Positions 41,060 to 56,103 of a stretch of DNA of 64,000 nt are shown in pieces; positions within the stretch are counted from its first letter, which is position 1, and each line of letters opens with the position of its first letter. This stretch comes from Eledone cirrhosa (Eukaryota). The stretch spans positions 41,168,001 through 41,232,000 of the forward strand of contig OZ024748.1 in the NCBI GenBank assembly GCA_964016885.1. Direction: 5' to 3'. A program made the translations under genes and the position numbers. Under the pieces are notes generated by a model, which worked only from the letters and a program-made list of their open reading frames with translations, was not told the origin of the DNA and made no database searches.

Positions 41060-41812
41060 TATATAATCCTATCTACTAGTTTAATGTAAGTACTAATACT
41101 ATACAGTAGTATAGACCTACTAACTACTAGTTTAATGTAAGTACTAATACTATACAGTAGTATAGACCTACTATCTACTAGTTTAATGTAAGTACTAATA
41201 CTATACAGTAGTATAGACCTACTATCTACTAGTTTAATGTAAGTACTAATACTATACAGTAGTATAGACCTACTATCTACTAGTTTAATGTAAGTACTAA
41301 TACTATACAGTAGTATAGACCTACTAACTACTAGTTTAATGTAAGTACTAATACTATACAGTAGTATAGACCTACTATCTACTAGTTTAATGTAAGTACT
41401 AATACTATACAGTAGTATAGACCTACTATCTACTAGTTTAATGTAAGTACTAATACTATACAGTAGTATAGACCTACTATCTGCTAGTGGAATGTAAGTA
41501 CTAATACTATACAGTACTATAAACCTACTATCTAGTAGTTTAATGTAAGTACTAATACTATACAGTAGTATAGTCATACTATCTGCTAGTAGAATGTAAG
41601 TACTAATACTATACAGTACTATAGACCTACTATCTACTAGTTTAATGTAAGTACTAATACTATATAGTATTATAGACCTACTATCTACTAGTTTAATGTA
41701 AGTACTAAAACAATACAGTAGTATAGACCTACTATCTGCTAGTAGAATGTAAGTACCAATACAATACAGTAGTATAATCCTACTATCTACTAGTAGAATG
41801 TAAGTACTAATA
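41060..41812. repeat. 51-bp minisatellite
   Basis: Unit CTACTAGTTTAATGTAAGTACTAATACTATACAGTAGTATAGACCTACTAT. Confidence 0.95.
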
Positions 41813-41892
41813 CCAATAATTACTACTTAATAAGTATAGGAATAAGTATAGGGAAAAGAGTTAGTTGATTGTAACAACTTTAGTACATAGTG

Positions 41893-42151
41893 AGTGCACT
41901 TGACTGTTCCAACACCTCAGACTCGCCATCACACACCAACATTCTCTGTTGTAGTGCACTTGACTGTTCCAACACCTCAGACTCGCCATCACACACCAAC
42001 ATTCCCTGTTGTAGTGCACTTGACTGTTTCAACACCTCAGATTCGCCATCACACGCTAACATTCCTTGCTGTAGTGCACTTGACTGTTCCAACACCTCAG
42101 ACTCGCCATCACACACTAACATTCCCTGTTGTAGTGCACTTGACTGTTCCA
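41893..42151. repeat. 60-bp tandem repeat, ~4.3 copies
   Basis: Unit AGTGCACTTGACTGTTCCAACACCTCAGACTCGCCATCACACACCAACATTCCCTGTTGT. Confidence 0.93.
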
Positions 42152-42590
42152 GTATGAGTGTATGTATATGTATATATATATATATGTATGTGTATATATG
42201 TATATATGTATATGTGTATGTATGTGTATATATGTATATGTATATATGTATGTGTATATATGTGTATGTATGTATATGTATGTGTATATATGTATGTGTG
42301 TGTATATATATGTATGTGTATATGTGTATATATGTATGTGTGTGTATGTATATGTATGTGTATATATGTATGTGTGTATATGTATACGTATATGTATTTG
42401 TATATATGTGTATATGTATGTGTATATATGTATGTGTATATATGTATGTGTATATGTATGTGTATATGTATGTATACATGCATATATGTATATATATGTA
42501 TGTGTATATGTATGTATATATGTATGTGTATATATGTATGTGTATATATGTATGTGTATATGTATGTATATATATATATATATATATACA

Positions 42591-43205
42591 GTATGTCAGG
42601 TCACCAGTTGGTGCTACTGGTAACATGTATCCCAGTACAACCTGTCTCATGGTCGGGTCTTTGGTGACTAAACTGGCAACCCCACCAAGGTTTCTTGGTG
42701 AGGAGGGTGACTTTGGACATCCTGCAGGACTAAAAACAAAACCTGTCAAAAGACAAAGGAGCTCTTAAGAGTCAATGGCCATTCAAAATCACCGGGAAAG
42801 ATGACCCCTTAGCCTTTGTCAAGGCAGAATTCTAGGAGAAGGAAAACTCTGATATAACACCTGCAACTCTGATGGTATCCAATGATGTTGACTTGTTCTT
42901 CTTTTTGGTAAATATCATCTTGGTTAAGAGAGTGGGACTGGCTTTGTGCAGTGCCTTTGATAACTATAAAAGCTTCACGGCACAGGCATTGCTTTATATC
43001 TGGAGATCTCTCTGCACTTGTCGTCACGTGGTACCATGGGCCCAGCACTATGTGTCAATAATTGTCACAGGTGTAGTGTTTGTACTAGAGTTTTCAAGTC
43101 GCTGGCTGGACTAAAAAGTCACACTCGTTCAGCGCATCGGTAGGGCTTCTCCTACATGGATATAAAGTAGTGGCCGTACTTGAAAACGAGTTGGCAGCCA
43201 CCATA
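42591..43205 (+). mobile_element. Degenerate RTE-clade LINE 3' end with terminal C2H2 zinc finger
   Basis: FGHPAG (cf. FGHVAR), WRSLC and CSVCTRVFKSLAGLKSHTRSAHR* motifs, broken by stops and frameshifts. Confidence 0.65.
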
Positions 43206-43264
43206 TATGTATATGTTCCCAAGTTGTGGTACTCAATACATTGGTAGAGTATAGGCATTTTTAT

Positions 43265-43347
<83 letters not shown>

Positions 43348-43553
43348 GGGGGGGGGGGGTGAAAAGGTGAGAAAAGAGAGGAGAGAGAGAGTGGGAAGAG
43401 AGAGGAAAGAGAAGAAAGAGAGAAAGAGATGAGAGAGAAAGAAGAGAAAGAGAGAGAGACACCAGTAACCTATATATAAATCTAAGTATTTAGCACTGAT
43501 TACTAAAAATACTTGAGTAGCTGGAAAGGTGTCCTATATTGTACATGGTAGTG

Positions 43554-43592
<39 letters not shown>

Positions 43593-43594
43593 GG

Positions 43595-43654
<60 letters not shown>

Positions 43655-43659
43655 AAGTT

Positions 43660-44111
43660 ATATTTAAAATTGTTGGGTTACAACTAGTAAATATTTATAA
43701 CTGATATAAAAGCACTCGACAAATATTTGGAGTATATTTACAATATTAAATAAATGGAAAACTATATTTATAAAACCATATTTATTTCATTATATATATT
43801 TCGGGGATATCATATTAACAATATGCTATGCCTTCATCAGACAAAATACAATATAAACAGTTTTATAGACAAATAGGTTCGACATACCGTTATAACATCA
43901 ACTTCATTTGAAGAGGTTTACGCTAGCGTAAACCTCTTCAAATGAAGTTGATGTTTATTACGGTATGTTGAATATATTTATCTATAAAACTGTTTATATT
44001 GTATTTTGTCTGATGAAGGCATAGCATATTGTTAATATGATATCCCCGAAATATATATAATGAAATAAATATGGTTTTATAAATATAGTTTTCCATTTAT
44101 TTAATATTGTA
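43660..44111. mobile_element. Palindromic solo Penelope-type pLTR with two hammerhead motifs (44002-44067 +, 43784-43849 -)
   Basis: Centre GAAGAGGTTTACGCTAGCGTAAACCTCTTC; arms match 1326-1572; core CTGATGA...GAAA-TATATA-TA-ATGAAATA. Confidence 0.82.
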
Positions 44112-44141
44112 TATATATATATATATATATATATAGACAGG

Positions 44142-44190
<49 letters not shown>

Positions 44191-44197
44191 TTTTCAT

Positions 44198-44229
<32 letters not shown>

Positions 44230-44389
44230 TCTGTATTTTAAAGAATTGATTGAATTTTACTTGTTCTGCTTATCTTAATATTAAAGTTCTGGTGTATCAA
44301 ATTAATACCATTGAACAACCTTGAATCATAGACAACCTATGTATTTCTAGGAGTACCTAGTATCCTTGGACATATTAACTTCATTTATA

Positions 44390-44629
44390 TATATACATAT
44401 ACAGATCTGTATATATATAGAGAGAGAGATACAGACCTGTATCTATATATATATATATATACAGACCTGTATCTATATATATATATATACAGACCTGTGT
44501 ATATATATATATACAGACCTGTGTGTATATATATATATATACAGACCTGTGTATATATATATATACAGACCTGTGTGTGTATATATATATATATATACAG
44601 ACCTGTGTGTATATATATATATACAGACT

Positions 44630-44690
<61 letters not shown>

Positions 44691-44715
44691 GTCTGTATAT
44701 ATATAGTATATATAT
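44390..44715. repeat. (TA)n CAGACCTGTG compound minisatellite
   Basis: Directly visible. Confidence 0.9.
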
Positions 44716-44827
44716 ATAATTGGAAGCTTAGTAAAATCGAAGCTTTGGCTATGGGCAAGCAAAGTCGCCCTACAATATGAATGAGTTAGCAAAGCACTCA
44801 ATAAGGGTAGGTCCTTAGAGTAATAAC

Positions 44828-44960
44828 TGTTTCTACTGTTGGCAAAAGGCCAGCAATTACTCGGTGCATTACTGGTACTTTATTTTATCTACCCCGTAAG
44901 GATGAAAGGCAAAGTTAACCTCGGCGGGATTTGAACTCAGAATGGCAAGGGCCGTAACTC
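44828..44960 (-). mobile_element. SINE family A, 5'-truncated
   Basis: Homology to 11104-11292. Confidence 0.85.
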
Positions 44961-45124
44961 TAGTAATAACATACGTTTAAATAGCTTGACAAATTGAACA
45001 TTGTGGTAGGCAAAACCTAACACACAATATCAAAGTAACGAAAGATCTAACAGATATATATATTAGAAAGTGAGGTTTTTTTACAAAATGAAAAATAACC
45101 GAGGTGTCCTACACGAGTGAAAGT

Positions 45125-45403
45125 ATAAGGAAAAAAGATGAAATCGAAAATGCAACTGGAGTCTTATTTAAAAAAATATATATATATTTATTTGGTTCCT
45201 TTACCGGTTTCGCAGTTCTTCTGCTTTTCAAAAGTAGAGTTGAGATGGAGGGTCTGTATGTGAGAAAAACCACAGACCCTCCATCTCAACTCTACTTTTG
45301 AAAAGCAGAAGAACTGTGAAACCGGTAAAGGAACCAAATAAATATATATATATATTTTAAAATAAGACTCCAGTTGCATTTTCGATTTCATCATTTTTCC
45401 TTA
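45125..45403. repeat. Foldback (~130-bp arms, ~14-bp spacer) with degenerate hammerhead-like core
   Basis: Arms 45125-45257 and 45272-45403; CTT-TTGAAAA-GCAG(AAGAA)CTGY-GAAA-CCGG-TA-AAG. Confidence 0.85.
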
Positions 45404-46167
45404 TCTATATATATAAAACTGTGGTTGTCTGTCTGTCTATCGATTTTTGGCACACATCTCCTCTTAGAATCTCTCACGGAATTGCACCGAAATTGCTAAA
45501 CTTGTACATTGAGCCCTAGCGAAGACATCGGAAAAAAAAATTTCAAATTGACCCACCCTATGTGACGAAATCGAATATAATGTATCGATTTTTGAGCGTA
45601 AGTTATCAGTTATTTCCCTTTGTTCTGTTTACATTGAGCGTCTTACGTAAAAAATTACGCTGGCTTTCTCAGTTGTCGAGCCAGCAAAATATTGACCTGC
45701 AAAATTCATCAGTTCGAACACTAAGCTTCCGTTTTGCTTCATTTCCATTTAAAAGCATTTTAAAACAATATTTGTACTTGAAAACAAGTCTATTTAAAGA
45801 CTACGTAAAACAAGCAAATATTTCAGGCGTGCAGAGAGGTGATATAGGCGTGCAGACAGACATAACTGATAATTTGGTTACGCTAATGTTTTTCTCTGCG
45901 TTGCAGTGTTTACATTTTCGATCTTTGTTAATAAATAACCAGTGCAGTTTTTATCCCCAGCATCCTCTTTTGTTATAACATTCGGGTTATCGTTATGTTT
46001 TCTTAACTTCATAAGGCATATTGTTGGTTGAGGGAATATTAATCAAAAACACCACATGCAAGTCTGCACAGTAGACATTACAGTTTTTAAGCCAAAAAAG
46101 AAACTTAACATTGTAACTTTAACACAGCTACTGAGCGACCCCGAGCAACGCCGGGCTTTACTGCTAG
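45404..46167 (+). mobile_element. Non-autonomous Helitron-like element
   Basis: A|TCTATATATATAAAACTG...GTCTGTCTGTC start; CCCGAGCAACGCCGGG hairpin plus CTGCTAG|T end. Confidence 0.8.
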
Positions 46168-47424
46168 TATATTATATATATAGATACGCATATATACACA
46201 GGTCTGTATATATACACTTATATACAGATGTATTCCACATATGGTAGGGGTCTGTATATACACATATACACAGATTTATATATACACACTATATAAACAC
46301 ATGTAGAATATAACTGATAGAGGACTGTTTATATATACACACTATATACACGCACATTGTAGAATATTACGGGTGTGGGCCTGTTACCAGCTTTATACAG
46401 ATGTGTATATATATATAGACATGTAGTATACTACTGGTATATATATATTATAGATAAAGCAGAGGTTTAAGCACACCTAGAAGATGAGAACTAAATGTAT
46501 TTATCAGTAGTATATTACTGGTATATATATAATAGCGCAAAGTATGAAAACTAAATGTTATCTGTAGGAAATAGCATTGAAGACTTTCATTGTTGGTAGG
46601 AAAGATATCGTACAGGACAGAGTAACACACACACATACACACACATGCTTACACACACATACATACACTTAAACAAATACACATGCTCACAAACGTACAC
46701 AAATAAATGCACAAACATACAGACTTAGAGAGAGAGTGACCAACGCACACACACACAAGACAAATGCACACGTACAAACACACACAAACAAATGCATACA
46801 CATACACACATACAAACACATGCACAAATGCCCACACTATCAAACGCATGCACAGACACATTATATATGTGTGTGTGTGTGCGTGCCTGTATGTATATAA
46901 AGATAAGGAGTTACAGACAGCAGAGTAAATGAAAATAAAGTAATTTATGAATGATTTCTTATAGATATGGCAGAAGGCCAAAGATGTGTCGGGAGCGGAG
47001 TTTTATTTTAAATCTCTTGAAATATTTTTATGGAAACGTTTTCGATTGGAATGATTGTTGGGGAACATCAAAAACAACAACAACATCTAATTTAGGCACA
47101 AGGCCAGCAAACGTTGGGGGATGAGGAAAGTTGATTAAATCGACCCCAGTGCATGACTGGTACTTCATTTTAACACGCGACAAAGAGTTAGGTTTACATC
47201 AAGGAATGGGGGGACATCACCAACGAGAAAACAGTAGAAATAACAATAACAATATCTGTTTCAACACACGTTTTCAGATGAGAAATCTTGCAAAATAAAT
47301 TCAAAAATAACAAGTATTTGCTGATAACAGTAATAATAGGAGAGTTAGGGTGACTTGAAGTCCGGTGTCTTGGTAAAAACTTCATCATATTACAGACATC
47401 TGTATTTGTTTGGTGATAAAGCAA

Positions 47425-48603
47425 GAACTAAAGTATTAGGTCCTAAATATAGCTAAAGACACAGGGTACAGCTTTAGGGACCTAGCAAGATCTATAAAGT
47501 ATTAGGTCCTAGATATAGCTAAAGACACAGGGTACAACTTTAGGGACCTAGCAAGAACTAAAGTATTAGGTCCTAGATATAGCTAAAGACACAGGGTACA
47601 GCTTTAGGGACCTAGCAAGATCTATAAAGTATTAGGTCCTAGATATAGCTAAAGACACAGGGTACAGCTTTAGGGACCTAGCAAGATCTATAAAGTATTA
47701 GGTCCTAGATATAGCTAAAGACACAGGGTACAGCTTTAGGGACCTAGCAAGATCTATAAAGTATTAGGTCCTAGATATAGCTAAAGACACAGGGTACAGC
47801 TTTAGGGACCTAGCAAGATCTAAAAAATATTAGGTCCTAGATATAGCTAAAGGCACATGGTACAGCTTTAGGGACCTAGCAAGATCTATAAAGTATTAGG
47901 TCCTAGATATAGCTAAAGACACAGGGTACAGCTTTAGGGACCTAGCAAGATCTATAAAGTATTAGGTCCTAGATATAGCTAAAGACACAGGGTACAGCTT
48001 TAGGGACCTAGCAAGATCTAAAAAATATTAGGTCCTAGATATAGCTAAAGGCACATGGTACAGCTTTAGGGACCTAGCAAGATCTATAAAATATTAGGTC
48101 CTAGATATAGCTAAAGACACAGGGTACAGCTTTAGGGACCTAGCAAGATCTAAAAAATATTAGGTCCTAGATATAGCTAAAGACACATGGTACAGCTTTA
48201 GGGACCTAGCAAGATCTATAAAGTATTAGGTCCTAGATATAGCTAAAGACACATGGTACAGCTTTAAGGACCTAGCAAGATCTATAAAGTATTAGGTCCT
48301 AGATATAGCTAAAACCACATTATAAGGTCATAGCTATACATAAAGCCACAGGGCACAGTTTTAGGGACCTAGCAAGATCTATAAAGTATTAGGTCCTAGA
48401 TATAGCTAAAGACACATGGTACAGCTTTAGGGACCTAGCAAGATCTATAAAGTATTAGGTCCTAGATATAGCTAAAGACACATGGTACAGCTTTAAGGAC
48501 CTAGCAAGATCTATAAAGTATTAGGTCCTAGATATAGCTAAAGCCACATTATAAGGTCATAGCTATACATAAAGCCACAGGGCACAGTTTTAGGGACCTA
48601 GCA
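47425..48603. repeat. 66-bp minisatellite with internal dyad symmetry
   Basis: Unit AAGATCTATAAAGTATTAGGTCCTAGATATAGCTAAAGACACAGGGTACAGCTTTAGGGACCTAGC. Confidence 0.95.
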
Positions 48604-48687
48604 ATATAAATGCCAACAAGAACAACAAAATGTTATGGGAGCGGGGGGGGGGGGGGGGGGTTAATCATATATACTTATAATAATAAT

Positions 48688-49010
48688 GGTTTCTACTTTG
48701 GGCACAAGGCCAGCAATTATCCCAGTGTATTACTGGTACTTTATTTTATCGACCCCGTAAGGATGAAAGGCAAAGTTAACCTCGGCGGGATTTGAACTCA
48801 GAATGACAAGGGCCATAACTCTATGCGTCAAAGCATAGCGTCCGACCCTCTACCGTTACTGCCAATCCACCGCCCTTATACTTATAATAATAATTGTTTC
48901 TACTTTCGGCACAAGGCCAGCAATTACCCAGTACATTACTGGTACTTTATTTTTTCGACCCCGTAAGGATGAAAGGCAAAGTTGACCTCGGCGGGATTTG
49001 AACTCAGAAT
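48688..49010 (-). mobile_element. Two tandem SINE family A copies (48688-48876 full length; 48895-49010 truncated)
   Basis: Homology to family A; 18-bp direct repeat TATACTTATAATAATAAT flanks the full-length copy. Confidence 0.88.
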
Positions 49011-49159
49011 GGAAGGTTTCTTTTATTGGTACCAGGGAAAGGGGGAAAGTCGATTAATCATCCCCAGAGCACTACTGGTACTTTATTCTATCAACTGGAA
49101 AGCCACAAGGGTACAATATATCCCACTGTTCCACTGTAGAAGGTCCTGGGATAAGTCGA

Positions 49160-51418
49160 CAATATATATAGTAATGATAGCAATATATATAGTAATGATA
49201 GCAATATATATATAGTAATGATAGCAATATATATATAGTAATGATAGCAATATATATTTATAGTAATGATAGCAATATATATATAGTAATGATAGCAATA
49301 TATATATAGTAATGATAGCAATATATATATAGTAATGATAGCAATATATATATAGTAATGATAGCAATATATATATAGTAATGATAGCAATATATATATA
49401 TAGTAATGATATATATATAGTAATGATAGCAATATATATAGTAATGATAGCAATATATATATATAGTAATGATAGCAATATATATATAGTAATGATAGCA
49501 ATATATTTATAGTAATGATAGCAATATATATATAGTAATGATAGCAATATATATAGTAATGATAGCAATATATATAGTAATGATAGCAATATATATAGTA
49601 ATGATAGCAATATATATATAGTAATGATAGCAATATATAGTAATGATAGCAATATATATATAGTAATGATAGCAATATATATATAGTAATGATAGCAATA
49701 TATATATAGTAATGGTAGCAATATATATATAGTAATGATAGCAATATATATAGTAATGATATATATATAGTAATGATAGCAATATATATATAGTAATGAT
49801 AGCAATATATATATAGTAATGATAGCAATATATATATAGTAATGATAGCAATATATATATAGTAATGATAGCAATATATATATAGTAATGATAGCAATAT
49901 ATATAGTAATGATAGCAATATATATAGTAATGATAGCAATATATATAGTAATGATAGCAATATATTTATATAGTAATGATAGCAATATATATATAGTAAT
50001 GATAGTAATATATATATAGTAATGATAGTAATATATATATAGTAATGATAGCAATATATATATAGTAATTATGACAATATATATATAGTAATGATAGCAA
50101 TATATTTATAGTAATGATAGCAATATATATTTATCGTAATGATAGCAATATATTTATAGTAATGATAGCAATATCTATATATAGTAATGATAGCAATATC
50201 TATATATAGTAATGATAGCAATATATATATAGTAATGATGACAATATATATATAGTAATGATAGCAATATATTTATAGTAATGATAGCAATATATATTTA
50301 TCGTAATGATAGCAATATATTTATAGTAATGATAGCAATATCTATATATAGTAATGATAGCAATATCTATATATAGTAATGATAGCAATATATATATAGT
50401 AATGATAGCAATATATATATATAGTAATGATAGCAACATCTATATATAGTAATGATAGCAACATCTATATATAGTAATGATAGCAATATATATATATAGT
50501 AATGATAGCAATATATATATATAGTAATGATAGCAATATATATAGAGTAATGATAGCAATATATATATAGTAATGATAGCAATATATATAGAGTAATGAT
50601 AGCAATATATTTATAGTAATGATAGCAATATATATATAGTAATGATAGCAATATATATATAGTAATGATAGCAATATATTTATAGTAATGATAGCAATAT
50701 ATATATAGTAATGATAGCAATATATATATAGTAATGATAGCAATATATATAGAGTAATGATAGCAATATATATAGAGTAATGATAGCAATATATATAGTA
50801 ATGATAGCAATATATATAGTAATGATAGCAATATATATATATATAGTAATGATAGCAATATATATAGTAATGATAGCAATATATATATAGTAATGAAAAC
50901 AATATATATAGTAATGATAGCAATATATATGTATAGTAATGATAGCAATATATATAGTAATGATAGCAATATATATAGTAATGAAAACAATATATATAGT
51001 AATGATAGCAAGATATATGTATAGTAATGATAGCAATATATTTATAGCAATGATAGCAATATATATATAGTAATTGTTTCTACTTTAGGCACAAGGCCAG
51101 CAATCACGCAGTGCATTACTGGTACTTTATTTTATCGACCCCGTAAGGATGAAAGGCAAAGTCAACCTCGGCGGGATTTGAACTCAGATCGTAAAGGGAC
51201 GTAACTATGCTGGAAAGCATGGCGTCCAACCCTCTACCGATACTGCCAATCCACCGCCTATATATATAGTAATGATAGCAATATATATAGAGTAATGATA
51301 GCAATATATATATAGTAATGATAGCAATATATATAGAGTAATGATAGCAATATATATATCGAGTAATGATAGCAATATATATATAGTAATGATAGCAATA
51401 TATATATAGTAATGATAG

Positions 51419-51454
<36 letters not shown>

Positions 51455-52128
51455 ATGATAGCAATATATTTATAGTAATGATAGCAATATATATAGAGTA
51501 ATGATAGCAATATATATAGAGTAATGATATCAATATATATAGTAATGATAGCAATATATATATAGTAATGATCGCAATATATATAATAATGATAGCAATA
51601 TATATATATATAGTAATGATAGCAATATATATACACTAATGATAGCAATATATATATATATATAGTAATGATAGCAATATATATAGTAATGAGAGCAATA
51701 TATATACAGTAATGAGAGCAATATATATAGTAATGATAGCAATATATATAGTAATGATAGCAATATATATACAGTAATGATAGCAATATATATAGTAATG
51801 ATAGCAATATATATAGTAATGATAGCAATATATATACAGTAATGATAGCAATATATATAGTAATGATAGCAATATATATACAGTAATGATAGCAATATAT
51901 AAAGTAATGATAGCAATATATATAGTAATGATAGCAATATATATACAGTAATGATAGCAATATATATAGTAATGATAGCAATATATATACAGTAATGATA
52001 GCAATATATATAGTAATGATAGCAATATATATACAGTAATGATAGCAATATATATAGTAATGATAACAATATATATAGTAATGATAATGATAGCAATATA
52101 TATATATATATAGTAATGAAAACAATAT
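49160..52128. repeat. ~19-23-bp minisatellite (AT)nAGTAATGATAGCA, interrupted by a SINE
   Basis: Directly visible. Confidence 0.96.
51075..51258 (-). mobile_element. SINE family A, full length, inserted in the minisatellite
   Basis: Homology to family A; flanked by TATATATATAGTAAT on both sides. Confidence 0.9.
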
Positions 52129-52129
52129 G

Positions 52130-52391
52130 CAGGGTGAGTCATAAGTAACCGGACACACCACCATTTACATTCCAAATGATAATATTTACTAACATTCTGG
52201 TCCATTCCTCACGAAATTATAAATACATCAAACAAAAGTAGTTTAAACAAATATAATTAAAGTAATCGTAAGTGTTTGAAAAAGCTGACCTGGTTCCTTA
52301 ATATATTTTATAAGCGAATGTTGAAAAAAAGTTATCTGTGAACCTTGCAATAAAACTATATTGACTGCCCGGCTACTTAAAACTCACCCCG
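52130..52391. mobile_element. Degenerate Tc1/mariner-like MITE
   Basis: Imperfect TIRs CAGGGTGAGTCATAAGTAACCGG and CCGGCTACTTAAAACTCACCCCG. Confidence 0.5.
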
Positions 52392-52859
52392 TGCGTGTGT
52401 TTATATATATATAATGAAAATATATAGAAATAAAAACAATTGAATAATAATTCCGACCTTCTTGGTAAAATATTCGCAATCATACTTCATGTCTGGTAAT
52501 AAGAATCTCCAGTGATATAATACCATTAGTATAGAAGACAAATGCGAAAGAAAGTACTAATAAATACTAATAACTTAGTAGAACTATCTATTAGTAGTTT
52601 GTTTTTGGTGGTGGTCTGGTTAGTAGGTAGGTTGGCTGGTCTGGTTAGTAGGGAGGTTGGCTGGTTGTCAGCTGTCTTTCTAAATATGTCCAGTGGACGA
52701 GAGAAGGTTTAAAGGTTTGAAAACTTCGTAGTTAACTGGTGGTTGTTGTTGTTTAGTTGGCCAGGAATGACATTCCTGAAAACAATGGACAAGAGGTGGT
52801 AGCTGTGGTGGTGGTGGTGGGATGAGGAAAAAACTGTGGGAGAAGGAGGTGATTATACT

Positions 52860-54110
52860 GTGATGGTGGTGGTGGTAATGGTAATAGTGGTGGTAATGAT
52901 GGTGGTAATGATGGTGGTGATAGTGATGGTAATGATGGTGGTGATAGTGGTAATAGTGATAGTGGTAGTGGTGGTAGTGTTAATAGTAATGGTTATGATG
53001 GTGGTGATAGTGGTAATAGTGATAGTGGTGGTAGTGTTAATAGTGATGGTTATGTTGGTAGAAAGGTAGTGATGGTGGTGGTGGTGGTAGAGAGGTAGTG
53101 ATGGTGGTGGTGGTAGAGAGGCAGTGATGGTGGTGGTGGTGGTAGAGAGGCAGTGATGGTGGTGGTGGTAGAGAGGTAGTGATGGTGGTAGAGAGGTAGT
53201 GATGGTGGTGGTGGTAGAGAGGTAGTGGTGGTGGTGGTGGTGGTAGAGAGGTAGTGATGGTGGTGGTGGTAGAGAGGTAGTGGTGGTGGTGGTGGTAGAG
53301 AGGTAGTGGTGGTGGTGGTGGTGGTGGTGGTAGAGAGGTAGTGATGGTGGTGGTGGTGGTAGAGAGGTAGTGATGGTGGTGGTGGTAGAGAGGTAGTGAT
53401 GGTGGTGGTGGTAGAGAGGTAGTGGTGGTGGTGGTAGAGAGGTAGTGATGGTGGTGGTGGTAGAGAGGTAGTGATGGTGGTGGTGGTAGAGAGGTAGTGG
53501 TGGTGGTGGTGGTAGAGAGGTAGTGGTGGTGGTGGTGGTGGTAGAGAGGTAGTGATGGTGGTGGTGGTAGAGAGGTAGTGATGGTGGTGGTGGTAGAGAG
53601 GTAGTGGTGGTGGTGGTGGTAGAGAGGTAGTGGTGGTGGTGGTGGTGGTAGAGAGGTAGTGATGGTAGTGGTGGTGGTAGAGAGGTAGTGATGGTGGTGG
53701 TGGTAGAGAGGTAGCGATGGTGGTGGTGGTGGTAGAGAGGTAGTGGTGGTGGTGGTGGTAGAGAGGCAGTGATGGTAGTGGTGGTAGAGAGGTAGTGATG
53801 GTGGTGGTGGTAGAGAGGTAGTGGTGGTGGAGGTGGTGATAGAGAGGCAGTGATGGTAGTGGTGGTAGAGAGGTAGTGATGGTGGTGGTGGTAGAGAGGT
53901 AGTGGTGGTGGAGGTGGTGATAGAGAGGCAGTGATGGTAGTGGTGGTAGAGAGGTAGTGATGGTGGTGGTGGTAGAGAGGTAGTGGTGGTGGAGGTGGTG
54001 ATAGAGAGGCAGTGATGGTAGTGGTGGTAGAGAGGTAGTGATGGTGGTGGTGGTAGAGAGGTAGTGGTGGTGGAGGTGGTGATAGAGAGGCAGTGATGGT
54101 AGTGGTGGTG
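52860..54110. repeat. (GGT)n-based array with AGAGAGGTAGTGAT spacer
   Basis: Directly visible. Confidence 0.93.
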
Positions 54111-54476
54111 TAATGGTTGTGTGATGAGTGGAAGGGTTACAGAAAAAATTGTTTTTGTAAGTGTGTGATCACCACCACAACAACAGCAACCACCACCATA
54201 ACCACAACAACAGTAGTAGTAGTAGCAATAGCAACCACCACCACCACCATAACTACAACAGTAGTAGTAGTAGCAACAATCACCACCACCACAACTACCA
54301 TAACTATCCCCCCCTCCACCACCACCACCACCAACAACAACAACAACCCCACCACCACAAGATAATATGTGAAAAACCCACCAGTTTTAAATATGACTAA
54401 GGTTTTCAGGTTTTTTTTCTTTGTTCTCTATAATTTTGTTGGGCTTTTTTCTTCTTAGTTAATTCCTTATTTTGAA

Positions 54477-55212
54477 ACCAACCAGCCAACTATCCAACCA
54501 GCCAACCAACCAACCAACCATCCAACCAGCCACCTAACCAACCAACCAACCAGCCACCTAACCAACCAGCCACCAAACCAGCCAACCAGCCACCTAACCA
54601 ACCAACCAGCCAGCCACCTAACCAACCAGCCACCTATCCCCAGCCAACCAGCCACCTAACCAACCAACCAGCCACCTACCCCCAGCCAACCAGCCACCTA
54701 ACCAACCAACCAACCAACCAGCCACCTAACCAACCAACCAGCCACCTAACCAGCCACCTAACCAACCAACCAGCCAGCCAACAAACCAACGACCCAACCA
54801 GCCACCCAACCAACCAACCAGCCACCTAACCAACCAGCCACCCAAAAACCAACCAGTCAGCCAACCAACCAACCACCCAGCCACCTAACCAACCAACCAG
54901 CCAGCCAACCAACCAACGACCCAACCAGCCACCCAACCAACCAACCAGCCACCTAACCAACCAACCAGCCACCCAAAAACCAACCAGCCACCCAACCAAC
55001 CACCCAGCCACCTAACCAACCAACCAGCCAGCCAACCAACCAACGACCCAACCAGCCACCCAACCAACCAACCAGCCACCTAACCAACCAACCAGCCACC
55101 CAAAAACCAACCAGCCACCCAACCAACCAACCAGCCACCTAACCAACCAACCAGCCACCCAAAAACCAACCAACCAACCAGCCACCTAACCAACCAACCA
55201 GTTAGCCAACCA
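54477..55212. repeat. (CCAA/CCAG)n tetranucleotide-based array
   Basis: Directly visible. Confidence 0.93.
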
Positions 55213-56103
55213 CAACCATCACCCCACAACTACCTCCACCGCCACCAACACCACCACCACTACTACCACTACTACCACCACTACCACCACCACCACTACT
55301 GACATCAAACTTAACACACTAGTCATCTGTTCTACCTCTCTTATGACAGTTATCTGAAAATGAATTACAGGTTGTATATAGTGTGGATATATGTATATAG
55401 TGTGAACGTATGTAGCGTATATAGTGTGGATATATGTAGTGTATATAGTGTGAATGTATGTATGTAGCGTATATAGTATGAATGTAGTGTGTATAGTGTG
55501 ATATGTATGTAGTGGGTTTTTATGTGTACACGTGTATGTGTACGTGTGTACAGATATATTGATTCAGTCGCACACACACACACACACACGGATACATATA
55601 GACTAATGCCTACAAAATATACGTTTACACACATTCTGACAAGCATGCACACACACACACACACGTAATTTACATGCATAAAGTTCAGTGCTATTGGTAC
55701 ACTCTATATGTATGTGTGTAATAATAGAATGGACATACGGGGAACTACCCCCCAGAAACGATCGTAAAATAATCAGTTGTACTATGAATTAACCGTTTTT
55801 TGTTTAATTTCATTGTTTTACTATTTGTATATATATATATATATTCAGGGTAATTCCATTATAACGAAATTCACGGGGTATAAAAAAATTCGATGTAACG
55901 TAAAACTCTTTATAACGAGATCGACCGAAACACATCGAGCATACGGCCGGGATTGAAAAGAATTTCGTTATACTGAGAAATTCGTTATAACGGAATCTTA
56001 ACTATATGTAAATATATATATATATATACACAGTGGCGGACTGGGTCTAAAAATATTGATTGCCAGGAGATATGGAATGCTATCATTTAATTTTTATAAT
56101 GAA

